Positions 10,517-20,396 of a DNA stretch of 39,938 bases are shown piece after piece. The stretch's first letter is position 1. Every line of letters begins with the position of its first letter. Made by a program: the position numbers and the translations under genes. Location: the sequence record SRR2962707_699; one strand, written 5' to 3'. The notes under the pieces were generated by a model. That model was not told the origin of the DNA, ran no database searches, and saw nothing but the letters and a program-made list of their open reading frames with translations.

Positions 10517-11941
10517 ATGAAAAAAACAATATATATAGTTTTATTAATAGCTTTTACTTTGAGTAGTTGCTCAGATAATTTTAATGAGGCAGTAGATTTT
10601 ACAGATATAGAAAATCCTAACCTTTCAGAAACCTCTATTGTGGGACAGCCTAATTCCTCAAAGATTTGGTTGACAGGACTGGAGAGAGAAACATCTCTTG
10701 CTTATAACGAGATTATAATATTAGCTGAATTAGGATCAGATAATTATATAAATACAGAGACTTTTTTCAATCAATTTCTAGATAATATAGATATTAGAGT
10801 GGAAGATCCTGATATTAGAGATACACAATATAGAATTGCCAGATTAAGAGAATCTGCACTATTTGGTTTAGAAACTGTCGGTCCTGCGGATTCTGAATAT
10901 GCAACAATAACAGAAGCTGAATATAATTTCTATGAAGGTTTATCATATATGCTGGCTGGGATGTACTTTTCAGCTTTACCTCAAGAAGAATTAGGGGTTG
11001 CTGTTAGCTCGGTAGAAAATTATAATTCTGCAATTAATTCTTTCAATAAGGCAATTACTATAAATCCAGACATCCCATATTACTATATGGCTATGGCTAG
11101 AGTATATTATTATCTAGGTAATAAATCAGCTGCTGTTGATGCAGCAAAAAAAGCTCTAACTCTTGATAATAGTTTTATTAAAGCGGCAAAATATGACCAA
11201 GATGACGGGCCTTCTAATACTATGGAAAGTGCATTATTTGCTAGATCTACTTTTGATGACTTACAACCTTTACCAACACTGGATTTTTTAGATCCTAAAT
11301 ATTCTTTTTTGTCTAGTGGAGAAGATCCAGCAGTTAATTTTTTAAAAGCAGAAGAAGCCTATCTTATTCTAGCTGAGGCGAATTTATCTACAGATATTGG
11401 AATGGCGAAACAAAACTTAAAAAATTTGTTGATGCTAATAGCTACAAGAGAGGTGAGAACTTTTAGCGATACTATTGAGGATCGAACACAAGATGAACCT
11501 GGCTCTAGACCAGATACAACCTCAGTAGTTGTAAATGGGAGAGAGGGGCTTGTTCTTTATCGTAAAGGAGAGCAAATCAGTGTGCCATCTGTATCAGGAA
11601 CTTCTCTAACTGATGAAGAAATCAATATGGCGAGCACAGAAGATGAATTACTTAAATTGATATACAGAACAAGGCAGGAAGTTTTTATAGCTGAAGGGAT
11701 ACGTTTTGTTGATATGGGTGTGAAATTGGTTATACATGAAAATGAAATTTTACAAAACCCGAATATTAATGCTGGAGACCCTTCAACAGTTCCAGTAATT
11801 CCGTCATTCATATCTAGTGTAGTTAGTGATTTGGATGCCATTACTTATGACCGAACATCGGGTATGGCAATGACAGCTATAGATTTAAATGATATATTGG
11901 TTCAAAACAAAACATCTTCAGAGGTAATTCCTTTTTATTAA
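10517..11941 (+). CDS. Divergent SusD-like / TPR lipoprotein
   Basis: Lipobox (LSS-C), TPR-like helices, EEAYLILAEA and RQEVFIAEGIRFVD (a variant of the SusD C-terminal motif). 11 nt after the SusC-like gene. Confidence 0.75.
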   Translation: MKKTIYIVLLIAFTLSSCSDNFNEAVDFTDIENPNLSETSIVGQPNSSKIWLTGLERETSLAYNEIIILAELGSDNYINTETFFNQFLDNIDIRVEDPDIRDTQYRIARLRESALFGLETVGPADSEYATITEAEYNFYEGLSYMLAGMYFSALPQEELGVAVSSVENYNSAINSFNKAITINPDIPYYYMAMARVYYYLGNKSAAVDAAKKALTLDNSFIKAAKYDQDDGPSNTMESALFARSTFDDLQPLPTLDFLDPKYSFLSSGEDPAVNFLKAEEAYLILAEANLSTDIGMAKQNLKNLLMLIATREVRTFSDTIEDRTQDEPGSRPDTTSVVVNGREGLVLYRKGEQISVPSVSGTSLTDEEINMASTEDELLKLIYRTRQEVFIAEGIRFVDMGVKLVIHENEILQNPNINAGDPSTVPVIPSFISSVVSDLDAITYDRTSGMAMTAIDLNDILVQNKTSSEVIPFY

Positions 11942-11985
11942 AATACTAAAAAGAGAATTAATTTTTTGTTCAATAAATTCAATAC

Positions 11986-12015
11986 AAAAACCCACCAACT
12001 TAGGTGGGTTTTTTT
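11986..12015. terminator. Bidirectional intrinsic terminator between the second susD-like gene and rnhB
   Basis: aaaaacccacc-aactta-ggtgggttttt, with A and T runs on both sides, between convergent genes. Confidence 0.85.
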
Positions 12016-12610
12016 ATAAATCTAATTTTAGTTGTTCTGGTAATAATCTAAAAGAAAGACGATGGTATTTTGTAGTACCATATTTTTTTATGGCTTCTCG
12101 GTGCTCTTTAGTTGGATAACCTTTATTTTTTTTCCAATTGTACATCGGGTATTCTTCATGGATTTCTTCCATATAAGCATCGCGGTAAGTTTTTGCAAGG
12201 ATGGAAGCTGCAGCAATACTTAAATATTTACTATCGCCTTTAATAATACATTCATATGGAATATCTTTAAAAGGTTTAAATCTATTTCCGTCTACAATAA
12301 TATGTTCAATCTCACTATTTAGTTTATCTAGTGCATTATGCATAGCCAAAATAGATGCATTTAAAATATTTATTTCATCAATTTTAATAGGATAAATATG
12401 AGCAACGCCAAAACAAGTAGCTCCTTCTTCAATTATTGGTTTTAAGATGCTCCGTTTTAATGCTGTTAATTGTTTGGAGTCGTTAATAATTTTATTTTTA
12501 AAATTTTCAGGAAGAATAACTGCAGCTGCCGTTACTGGTCCTGCAAGGCATCCACGTCCAGCTTCGTCAGTTCCAGCTTCTAAAGAGAATTCACTATACG
12601 ATTTATACAT
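12014..12610 (-). CDS. rnhB: Ribonuclease HII
   Basis: [32 protein letters not shown] motifs. Confidence 0.97.
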   Translation of the reverse strand: MYKSYSEFSLEAGTDEAGRGCLAGPVTAAAVILPENFKNKIINDSKQLTALKRSILKPIIEEGATCFGVAHIYPIKIDEINILNASILAMHNALDKLNSEIEHIIVDGNRFKPFKDIPYECIIKGDSKYLSIAAASILAKTYRDAYMEEIHEEYPMYNWKKNKGYPTKEHREAIKKYGTTKYHRLSFRLLPEQLKLDL

Positions 12611-12655
12611 TTTAATCGTTATTTAGGAGCCTATATATGGCTAATTCAAAAAAGT

Positions 12656-12663
12656 CAAAGTTA
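12656..12663 (-). promoter_or_regulatory. -7 promoter box (TAACTTTG) for rnhB
   Basis: TAnnTTTG match about 45 nt upstream of the start. Confidence 0.55.
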
Positions 12664-12739
12664 AAAATAGATACGGTATTTTGTCTTTTTTCAGTGTAAA
12701 AATAATAAATCCACTTATATGGATTTCGTTCAAATAATA

Positions 12740-12747
12740 TACCTTTG
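12740..12747 (+). promoter_or_regulatory. -7 promoter box (TACCTTTG) for the porin gene
   Basis: TAnnTTTG match 17 nt upstream of the start. Confidence 0.6.
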
Positions 12748-12764
12748 TTTTTAAATCAAAATGG

Positions 12765-14744
12765 ATGAGATATTTTAATTTTTTGTTTTTCTTTTTAGTA
12801 TTATGTCTTGGAGTGGCAAATGCTCAAGTTGAACAAGAATCTAATGTTGTTAAGGATACTACAATTGTTCTTACTAAAAAGGAAAATCCAACTAAAAAGA
12901 AAGGTGATGATTTTCCTATTGAAGATTATAAAATAATCTCCTATGCAAGAGATACTACCACTTTTGATACAACCCTAACCATTTATAAGGAATACAAATA
13001 TAATTACCTTAGAAAAGACGATTTTGAGTTGCTCCCTTTTGCAAATGTTGGTCAGACATACAATATATTAGGGGCAGCTACCAAGGAGAAGAGTTTCTAT
13101 CCAAGAATGGGAGAAGAAGCTAAGCATAATAATTATATGGAAGTTAGTGATATTGATTATTACCGAGTGCCAACTCCTACTACAGAGCTTTTTTATAAAA
13201 CAGTAATGGAGCAAGGGCAAATTCTAGATGCATTAATTACCTTAAATACCTCTCCACAGCTAAATATGTCTATTGCCTATAAAGGGATGCGCTCTTTAGG
13301 GAAATATCAACATATTTTATCAAGTACTGGAAATTTTAGATTTACAACTAATTATCAAACTAAAAGTGGACGTTATTTATTGAGAGGCCATTATACTTCT
13401 CAAGATATTTTAAATGAAGAAAATGGCGGACTGGGAGTTCCAGAGCAGTTTACTTCTGGAGACGATGAGTTTACAGATCGTTCTAGAATTGATGTAAGAT
13501 TTGAAGATGCAGAAAACTTCTTATTAGGGAAAAGATATTTTTTGGACCATGAGTTTTTTCTGTTTAAAGAAAAAGATTCTTTAAGAAATTACGGACTTTC
13601 CGTTGGACATCAATTAAATTATGAAACTAAAACGTACGAATTTAGACAGACTACAGCTAATTCATATTTTGGGGAATCTTACCAAGCATCTAATTTAGAG
13701 GATAGAGCTAAGCTAAAAACTTTTAACAATCAGCTTAATTTAAATTATAATAATAAAATAATAGGGCAAGCAACTTTCCTAGTAAACTATTATAAATACA
13801 ATTATTATTTTAATAGTTTGGTGGTAAACGACAGCGCTACAATTACAAATCAACTACGAGATAATGAAATCTCCATTGGAGGAAAATTTAAAAAGCAAAT
13901 TGGAGGTTTTTCTTTAGGGGGAGATTTTACGCAGAATATTGTAGGAGACTTAGGTGGAACTACATTTAATGCTGAAATGAATTACCAAATTACCGATGAT
14001 ATTGATGTAGATGCTAGTTTACATGCTTCGTCTCGTATGCCAAACTTTAATTTTTTATTGTATCAAAGTGATTATAAAGATTATAATTGGCAAAATACTG
14101 ACACTTTTGAAAAGCAAAAATTAAGCACCATTCAAGGAACTCTTAATTCTAAAAAGTGGGGAAGTCTTAGTGTTGCTTATACTGTAAGAGATAAATATGC
14201 CTATTTTGAAGAAAATTTAGATACTGGAGATTCAATTTCTTCTGTTTTAGATGATGTACAAAGGGTTACGCCAACTCAATTTGATGGTTCTATAAATTCA
14301 ATAAAAGTAAAATTGAGTAACGATTTACATTTTTTGCGTAAATGGGGACTAGCAAATACAATTATGTATCAAAATGTGAGTCAGAGTGAAGACATTATTA
14401 ATGTACCGCAAATTGTAACGAGAAACACACTTTATTACTCAAATCATCTTTTCAAGAAAGCTCTTTATTTACAGGTAGGAGTTACTGCCAAATATTTTAG
14501 TGAATATTATATGAATTCATACAGTCCTGTTCTTGGGGAATTATTAATTCAGAATAGAGAAAAAATAGGAGGGTATCCAATGATGGATTTCTTTATAAAT
14601 GCAAAAGTTCGTCGTACTCGTATTTATTTAAAAGCAGAACATTTTAACTCTCCCTTTGGAGATAATAATTATTATACAGCGCCAAATTATCCGTATCGAG
14701 ATTTTATCGTTCGTTTTGGAGTGGTTTGGAATTTCTTTACATAA
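12765..14744 (+). CDS. Putative porin (Bacteroidota Porin_10-like beta-barrel)
   Basis: Signal peptide, aromatic amphipathic strands, ENGG and PTPTTELFY motifs, C-terminal FGVVWNFFT. Confidence 0.75.
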   Translation: MRYFNFLFFFLVLCLGVANAQVEQESNVVKDTTIVLTKKENPTKKKGDDFPIEDYKIISYARDTTTFDTTLTIYKEYKYNYLRKDDFELLPFANVGQTYNILGAATKEKSFYPRMGEEAKHNNYMEVSDIDYYRVPTPTTELFYKTVMEQGQILDALITLNTSPQLNMSIAYKGMRSLGKYQHILSSTGNFRFTTNYQTKSGRYLLRGHYTSQDILNEENGGLGVPEQFTSGDDEFTDRSRIDVRFEDAENFLLGKRYFLDHEFFLFKEKDSLRNYGLSVGHQLNYETKTYEFRQTTANSYFGESYQASNLEDRAKLKTFNNQLNLNYNNKIIGQATFLVNYYKYNYYFNSLVVNDSATITNQLRDNEISIGGKFKKQIGGFSLGGDFTQNIVGDLGGTTFNAEMNYQITDDIDVDASLHASSRMPNFNFLLYQSDYKDYNWQNTDTFEKQKLSTIQGTLNSKKWGSLSVAYTVRDKYAYFEENLDTGDSISSVLDDVQRVTPTQFDGSINSIKVKLSNDLHFLRKWGLANTIMYQNVSQSEDIINVPQIVTRNTLYYSNHLFKKALYLQVGVTAKYFSEYYMNSYSPVLGELLIQNREKIGGYPMMDFFINAKVRRTRIYLKAEHFNSPFGDNNYYTAPNYPYRDFIVRFGVVWNFFT

Positions 14745-14803
14745 AAGCTGTTTTTTAAGGAGACGCATAACTTTAGTGCGTATAACTTTTTAATTGAATT
14801 GAA

Positions 14804-15892
14804 ATGACGATAGATAATTTTTCAAAGGATTTTCCTTTAATTAGTCAATATACTTATGCTAATACGGCAGCTTCCGGACTTATGTATGAAAGTTTGATGG
14901 AATGGCGACAAGGACATGATATTGATTTCCTTATTGGAGGGAGTAAGTTTAGAGAGTCTTTAGATGTTCAGCTTGCTGAAATTCGTACTGCAGTTGCCAG
15001 TTTTTTCGATTCAGAGTTTGAAAATACACTTTTAACACCAAATTTTTCTTTTGCACTAAAAGTATTTGTCAATGGAATTGATAAAGACAAAAGTGTATTG
15101 CTTTTGGAAGACGATTATCCCTCTGTAAATTGGCCTTTTAGTAGCAGTGGTTTTAAATCTGTTTCTTTTGCTGAAGTAAATCAGCATTTAGAGCAAAATA
15201 TAAAAGAAGCATTTGCAAAGCAGCAACCAGATATTTTTGCATTTAGTATTGTTCAATATCTAAATGGAATCAAATTAGATTTAAATTTTATAAAAGATCT
15301 AAAGAAAGAATATCCTGATACTATTTTTGTTGCAGATGGAACTCAATATAGCGGTACCGAGAAATTTTCTTTTAAAGAATCTGGGATTGATGTTTTTGGT
15401 GGTAGCGGTTATAAATGGATGTTGTCAGGTTATGGAAATGGTTATATGCTCTTTAATAAAGAAATAGTTTCTCAACTATATCCTGTTTCAGTAGAATTTG
15501 AACCGCAAAAAGAAGCTTTTCAGAAGGGGAAAAATCATTTAATGTGTCATTTTGAACCTGGACATATAGACACCTTAAACTTTGGAAGTTTATTATATTC
15601 TATAGAACAATTTAATGAAATTGGAATGGATGCTATTGAAGCTCATTTAGCGTCATTGGCAAAACATGCTAAAGAAAAATTTACTGCTTTAGAGTTGCTT
15701 TCGGAAACAGTTACAGAGAGAAAAGAACATTCTACAATTTTTAATTTAAAGGTTACTCCTAAAATAATGGAGGCTTTAAAAGAGAGAAATGTGTTGTTTT
15801 CCTTACGTGGTTCTGGAATAAGAGTAAGTTTTCATATTTACAATACAATAAAGGATATTGATAAAATAGCAAACATCCTTAAACATAAATAG
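14804..15892 (+). CDS. Class V aminotransferase-fold PLP enzyme (candidate C-S lyase)
   Basis: YANTAASG, DYPS, ADGTQ, PLP-lysine motif SGYKWML, IRVSFHIYN. No catalytic Cys loop of the NifS/SufS type. Confidence 0.85.
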   Translation: MTIDNFSKDFPLISQYTYANTAASGLMYESLMEWRQGHDIDFLIGGSKFRESLDVQLAEIRTAVASFFDSEFENTLLTPNFSFALKVFVNGIDKDKSVLLLEDDYPSVNWPFSSSGFKSVSFAEVNQHLEQNIKEAFAKQQPDIFAFSIVQYLNGIKLDLNFIKDLKKEYPDTIFVADGTQYSGTEKFSFKESGIDVFGGSGYKWMLSGYGNGYMLFNKEIVSQLYPVSVEFEPQKEAFQKGKNHLMCHFEPGHIDTLNFGSLLYSIEQFNEIGMDAIEAHLASLAKHAKEKFTALELLSETVTERKEHSTIFNLKVTPKIMEALKERNVLFSLRGSGIRVSFHIYNTIKDIDKIANILKHK

Positions 15893-16044
15893 TTCTTTTT
15901 CTTTATTTTTATAAAGTAAATTTTACATATTTCATTATTTCGTTAAGACTGTTTTATTAAAACGATAAATGTTTGGATGCTAGTTGTTTATTATGATTTA
16001 AATGTATTCTTTTGATACAAATTAATCATTAAATTTTATCAACT

Positions 16045-16341
16045 ATGTCAATTTCAAAACAATATTTAAAGTCTAGACCAGTTTGTAAGGTAACTTTTGT
16101 AGTTTCTGCAGCAGAAGCAAATGAGGTGGTAGTTGTAGGAGATTTTAACGAATGGAATCCAGAAGCAACAGCCTTAAAAAAACTAAAAAACGGTAATTTT
16201 AAAGGTACATGTGAAATTCCAAAAGATAACTCCTACGAATTCCGATATATTATAGATGGAAATTACACAAACGAACAAGAAGCAGATGGATTTCAATGGA
16301 ATGATTTTGCTGGTACAGAAAACGCTATTTTATACGTATAA
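16045..16341 (+). CDS. Isoamylase early-set / CBM48-like glycogen-binding domain protein
   Basis: 98 aa. VVGDFNEW and YEFRYIIDG motifs. Confidence 0.85.
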   Translation: MSISKQYLKSRPVCKVTFVVSAAEANEVVVVGDFNEWNPEATALKKLKNGNFKGTCEIPKDNSYEFRYIIDGNYTNEQEADGFQWNDFAGTENAILYV

Positions 16342-16504
16342 ATAAACTACCTTAAAATCCTGTCTAAGCAAAAGGCTCAAGTCAAAAAGTTGTGGGATTT
16401 TAAAGATTGGAGGGTAAACCCACAAAATAAATTTAATTCATTTGGAAGCAGTGTTCTTTAATGAGTAAGGATACTACTTAAGAGCTTGAAATCTCTTTGA
16501 AGAG

Positions 16505-17275
16505 TTAAATACGTTTTATTAGAATAGTACTAAAATCTATATAGAAATTTTCAATGGTGTTTAAATCGTAATTATCTTCCACGGAAATAATAGCACCATT
16601 CCAATTTCCTAATACCCAATTCCCATTTTTTAAATTGGGTAATTGAGCGTAATTAATAGTGTTGTTGCTCCAAGCATACGCATAGTAATATGGAAGTTTG
16701 TTGACCTCCGTATCTGCAATAGCGTATCCTAAACCTATACCTTTTTCTTTATCAATATTTATAAGCATTCCTGTGTCAAAATGGTGTGGCCAAACATATA
16801 TTGTGGTGGCATTATTATAGTTACTTTTTAGTTTTTCTAAGGCACGCTGTGCTATATTGCGTTCTTCTATTAACTGAAAAATAATTTTTTCATCATCAGT
16901 ATCTAAAGCAACAAACGTATCAAAGTCTGTTTCTAGTTTAAATCCTAAGTTATAATGGAAGTTACCTGCCGATAATCCGTAATCTGAAATAGTTTCGCGG
17001 ATCCAAGAATCAATACCGCTGTGAGTAAGACCAAGTAAATCGAGTTCTTTATATTCACTTTCTCGATAGATTCTCAATACTATATCTTTGTAATTTAACT
17101 CAATATAAAAATCTTTTACTTTTTGAGATTGGAGAGCACTTTTTTCAATGGACCATGTAAGTGCAGACTGACTATCATCTTCTTTTTTAGTAAGAAAACT
17201 GTTGGAAAAAGCAGCTAGGTATTGAGATAAATGATGAAATTTGTTTTGAATAGTATTTATGTGGAATTGATCCAT
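16505..17275 (-). CDS. Uncharacterised protein, third gene of the egtBD operon (WPHHFD motif)
   Basis: 256 aa ORF starting 4 nt after the egtD stop. No recognisable enzyme motif. Confidence 0.75.
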   Translation of the reverse strand: MDQFHINTIQNKFHHLSQYLAAFSNSFLTKKEDDSQSALTWSIEKSALQSQKVKDFYIELNYKDIVLRIYRESEYKELDLLGLTHSGIDSWIRETISDYGLSAGNFHYNLGFKLETDFDTFVALDTDDEKIIFQLIEERNIAQRALEKLKSNYNNATTIYVWPHHFDTGMLINIDKEKGIGLGYAIADTEVNKLPYYYAYAWSNNTINYAQLPNLKNGNWVLGNWNGAIISVEDNYDLNTIENFYIDFSTILIKRI

Positions 17276-17279
17276 AGTT

Positions 17280-18239
17280 TTATGCTTTTATGGTTAGTAA
17301 GAAATCTTTAAAAAGATTTTCAGAATCGACATATTTATCTATAACTTTTAAATTAGCTTGCTCGGCAAGCCAATTTACAGTAAGATCATCATATTTTTGA
17401 GAAATCTCTGTATGGATGGTTTCCCATGCTTTAAAATTTATTTCTAAATCTATTTTCTGAAGCCTAACTTTTAAATCTTCTTTTGCAACTAAATAGCTTT
17501 TTGCAGTCCCAGTCTCAGGGTCGTAAGTTTCCCAATGTGAGAATTTATCAAGATCAAAATCAGCATTCATTTCTCTGTTTATCCGCAACAATAAATTCTT
17601 ATTAAAAGCTTCAGTTATTCCAGTTTTATCACTGTAAGCATCTATAATTTGTTGAGGGTTTTTCTTCATATCAAACCCCATAAATAGCAAATCTCCTTTA
17701 TTCATGCTTGCTTGAATATTTTGTAAGAATTCAATAGCTTTTTCATGTACCAAGTTCCCAATGTTTGATCCTAAAACTAAAATCACTTTTTTACGACTCT
17801 TATATTCAGCTAAACGATTTAAAACTTTAAAATACATTCCTTCTTGTGGAATTACTTTTAAATTTGGGAGTTCATTTTCTAGAGATTCTTTTAATTCTTT
17901 TAACGCATACTTGCTAATATCAATGGGTTGATAAGAGAAATTAAATTTATTTTCATTTAAATAACGTAACAGAACTTTTGTTTTTTTGCCATCTCCAGCT
18001 CCTAATTCTATTATATCAAAACCATTTTCATCATTAAAAGCTGCGGCTATTTTTTCAGTATAACTTTCAATAATACTGTATTCTGCATCTGTTAAATAAT
18101 ATTCTGGCATATTCATTATCTGCTGAAATATTTTATCCCCTTTTTCATCATAAAAATATTTAGAAGATAACTTTTTAGGATATGAGGTTAGACCCTTGTA
18201 AACGTCTTCTTCAAAGGCATTTGTATATATTGTTGGCAT
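17280..18239 (-). CDS. egtD: L-histidine N-alpha-trimethyltransferase
   Basis: SKYFYD, PEYYLT, ELGAGDGKKT, GSNIGN, TEISQKY motifs. Adjacent to egtB. Confidence 0.93.
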   Translation of the reverse strand: MPTIYTNAFEEDVYKGLTSYPKKLSSKYFYDEKGDKIFQQIMNMPEYYLTDAEYSIIESYTEKIAAAFNDENGFDIIELGAGDGKKTKVLLRYLNENKFNFSYQPIDISKYALKELKESLENELPNLKVIPQEGMYFKVLNRLAEYKSRKKVILVLGSNIGNLVHEKAIEFLQNIQASMNKGDLLFMGFDMKKNPQQIIDAYSDKTGITEAFNKNLLLRINREMNADFDLDKFSHWETYDPETGTAKSYLVAKEDLKVRLQKIDLEINFKAWETIHTEISQKYDDLTVNWLAEQANLKVIDKYVDSENLFKDFLLTIKA

Positions 18240-18257
18240 AGTTTTTCTAGATATAGT

Positions 18258-19421
18258 TTATCTTTTGGCAAGTCTAATTCCAGTAAATTGCCATCTTAAA
18301 TGCGGATGAAAAAAGTTTCGATATGTATAACGAGTATGATCTTTGGAAGTTACCACAGATCCACCTCTAAGTACTTTTTGATTTACCATAAACTTGCCAT
18401 TATACTCGCCTAAAGCTCCTGCTGCTTTTTTGTAGTAAGGATAGGGGAGGTAGGCACTTTCTGTCCACTCCCATCGTTTCCCCCAGTCAAAATAATCTTG
18501 AGCAACCTCCCATTCAAATTCTGTTGGCAAGCGTAATCCTCTCCATTCAGCATATGCAAAAGCTTCATAGTAAGAAACGTGTGTTATGGGAGCTTCAAGG
18601 TTAATTGGTTTTAATCCTTTAAAGGTGTATTGATGCCATTCGTTATCAATTTTATGCCAATATAGAGGTGCTTTTATAGTGTTAGCTCGAATCCAATCCC
18701 AGCCTTCGGCATGCCAAAAATTAAAGTTGTTATAGCCACCATCATTTATAAATTCAAGGTATTCTTCGTTGGTAATAAGTTTGTTTGAGATTTTATAGTT
18801 ATGGAGAAAAACCTTATGTTTTCCTAATTCATTATCAAAACAAAAATCGTTTGTAGCGTGACCAATTTCATAAGTGCCTTCTGGAATTTTAATCCACTTA
18901 GATTTCTGTTTTTCAATTAGATTTTCTTCAAAAGTTTCAGAATAATGTGGTAAAAGCGGATTGTTTCCTAAAATATACTTTATATCTGTAAACAGTAATT
19001 CCTGATGTTGTTTTTCATGATGAATTCCTATGGTTACCAAACTGCTAATCTCTTCTGTTAGATTATCATCTAAAAATTCAGAGAGACAATTGGTAACATA
19101 ATCTCGATATTTATAAACCTCTTCTACAGATGGACGTGTAAGATTGCCACGGTCTGTTCTTAAAATTTTATCACCTACACTTTCGTAATAGCTGTTAAAT
19201 ATATAGCTAAATTGCGAATCAAATTCTTTATAATCAGGATTGTATTGTTTTAAAATAAACTCTTCAAAAAACCATGTTGTATGTCCTAAATGCCATTTTG
19301 GAGGAGATACATTTTCAATAGGTTGCACAACATAATCTTCTTGAGTTAATGGTGCACAAATTTCTTCCGTAGCGATTCTTGTTTGAAGAAAATTGCTAAT
19401 AATTTCATTGGTTATTAACAT
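18258..19421 (-). CDS. egtB: Ergothioneine sulfoxide synthase EgtB
   Basis: DinB-like domain (SPPKWHLGHTTWFFE, HHEKQHQELL iron ligands), FNSYY loop, and FGE-sulfatase domain (RLPTEFEWE, WEWT, LRGGS, YRNFF..RWQFTGIRLA). Confidence 0.95.
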   Translation of the reverse strand: MLITNEIISNFLQTRIATEEICAPLTQEDYVVQPIENVSPPKWHLGHTTWFFEEFILKQYNPDYKEFDSQFSYIFNSYYESVGDKILRTDRGNLTRPSVEEVYKYRDYVTNCLSEFLDDNLTEEISSLVTIGIHHEKQHQELLFTDIKYILGNNPLLPHYSETFEENLIEKQKSKWIKIPEGTYEIGHATNDFCFDNELGKHKVFLHNYKISNKLITNEEYLEFINDGGYNNFNFWHAEGWDWIRANTIKAPLYWHKIDNEWHQYTFKGLKPINLEAPITHVSYYEAFAYAEWRGLRLPTEFEWEVAQDYFDWGKRWEWTESAYLPYPYYKKAAGALGEYNGKFMVNQKVLRGGSVVTSKDHTRYTYRNFFHPHLRWQFTGIRLAKR

Positions 19422-19544
19422 TTAGTAACTTTTTCCTTTGTTTTTTTATTAAAAATAAGGATTTTAACGTATGCATTGCAAGATGCTTAGTTAAAAGTTG
19501 TTAAAAACCAATTTAACGATTAAAAAATGAATGTAATTTAAGAA

Positions 19545-20369
19545 TTACACCGCAACAGCTCCTTTAATATGCGGATGGTGCTCGTAATTTTCTAAAGTAA
19601 AATCTTCAAACTTAAAGCTAAAAATATCTTTTACTTCGGGGTTAAGCTTCATTGTAGGCAAGGGTTTTGGCTCTCTAGATAGCTGTAATTCCAATTGCTC
19701 TAAATGGTTGTTGTAGATATGAGCATCTCCAAAAGTATGGATAAAATCGCCAGCTTTATAACCACAAACTTGTGCCATCATCATTGTAAATAAAGCATAA
19801 GAAGCTATGTTGAAGGGCACCCCTAAAAAGATATCGGCACTTCGTTGGTATAATTGGCAAGAAAGTTTTCCATCGGCAACATAAAACTGAAAAAAAGCAT
19901 GGCAGGGAGGTAAAGCCGCCTTTCCATTAGCAACATTTTCAGAAAACGAAACAGAAGTATCTGGCAAAACACTTGGGTTCCAAGCGGAAACTAACATCCT
20001 TCTACTATTTGGATTGTTTTTTAAAGTCTCCACAACCTCCTTTATTTGGTCTATTTCTTCACTGTTCCAATTTCTCCATTGATGACCGTAAACGGGACCT
20101 AAATCTCCATTTTCGTCTGCCCATTCGTTCCAAATACGTACCCCATTATCTTGTAAGTATTTTACATTTGTATCGCCATTTAGAAACCATAACAGTTCAT
20201 AAATAATAGATTTTAAATGCAGTTTTTTGGTTGTTACCATAGGGAAACCTTCACTTAAATCGAAACGCATTTGGTAGCCAAAAACACTTTTGGTTCCCGT
20301 TCCTGTTCTATCTCCTTTTTCATTTCCGTTTGCTAATACGTGCTTAACAAGGTCGTGGTACTGCTTCAT
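19545..20369 (-). CDS. thyA: Thymidylate synthase
   Basis: [37 protein letters not shown] motifs. Confidence 0.98.
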   Translation of the reverse strand: MKQYHDLVKHVLANGNEKGDRTGTGTKSVFGYQMRFDLSEGFPMVTTKKLHLKSIIYELLWFLNGDTNVKYLQDNGVRIWNEWADENGDLGPVYGHQWRNWNSEEIDQIKEVVETLKNNPNSRRMLVSAWNPSVLPDTSVSFSENVANGKAALPPCHAFFQFYVADGKLSCQLYQRSADIFLGVPFNIASYALFTMMMAQVCGYKAGDFIHTFGDAHIYNNHLEQLELQLSREPKPLPTMKLNPEVKDIFSFKFEDFTLENYEHHPHIKGAVAV

Positions 20370-20396
20370 TTGTTATATAATCTAAGTGAGAATTTT

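Noticed and set aside
2983..11941. Invertible SusC shufflon
   Set aside because: The repeats are direct, not inverted, both genes are full length, and no recombinase lies in the window.
14804..15892. Cysteine desulfurase (sufS/iscS) call
   Set aside because: It lacks the C-terminal catalytic Cys motif (RxGHHC or GSAC).
16345..16504. Loose inverted repeat (ttaaaatcc...ggattttaa) between convergent genes
   Set aside because: Short AT-rich arms around a large loop are too weak to call a terminator or mobile element.
16505..19421. Selenoneine or ovothiol cluster
   Set aside because: No SenB glycosyltransferase or SelD/SenC nearby, and EgtB has no C-terminal methyltransferase as in OvoA.
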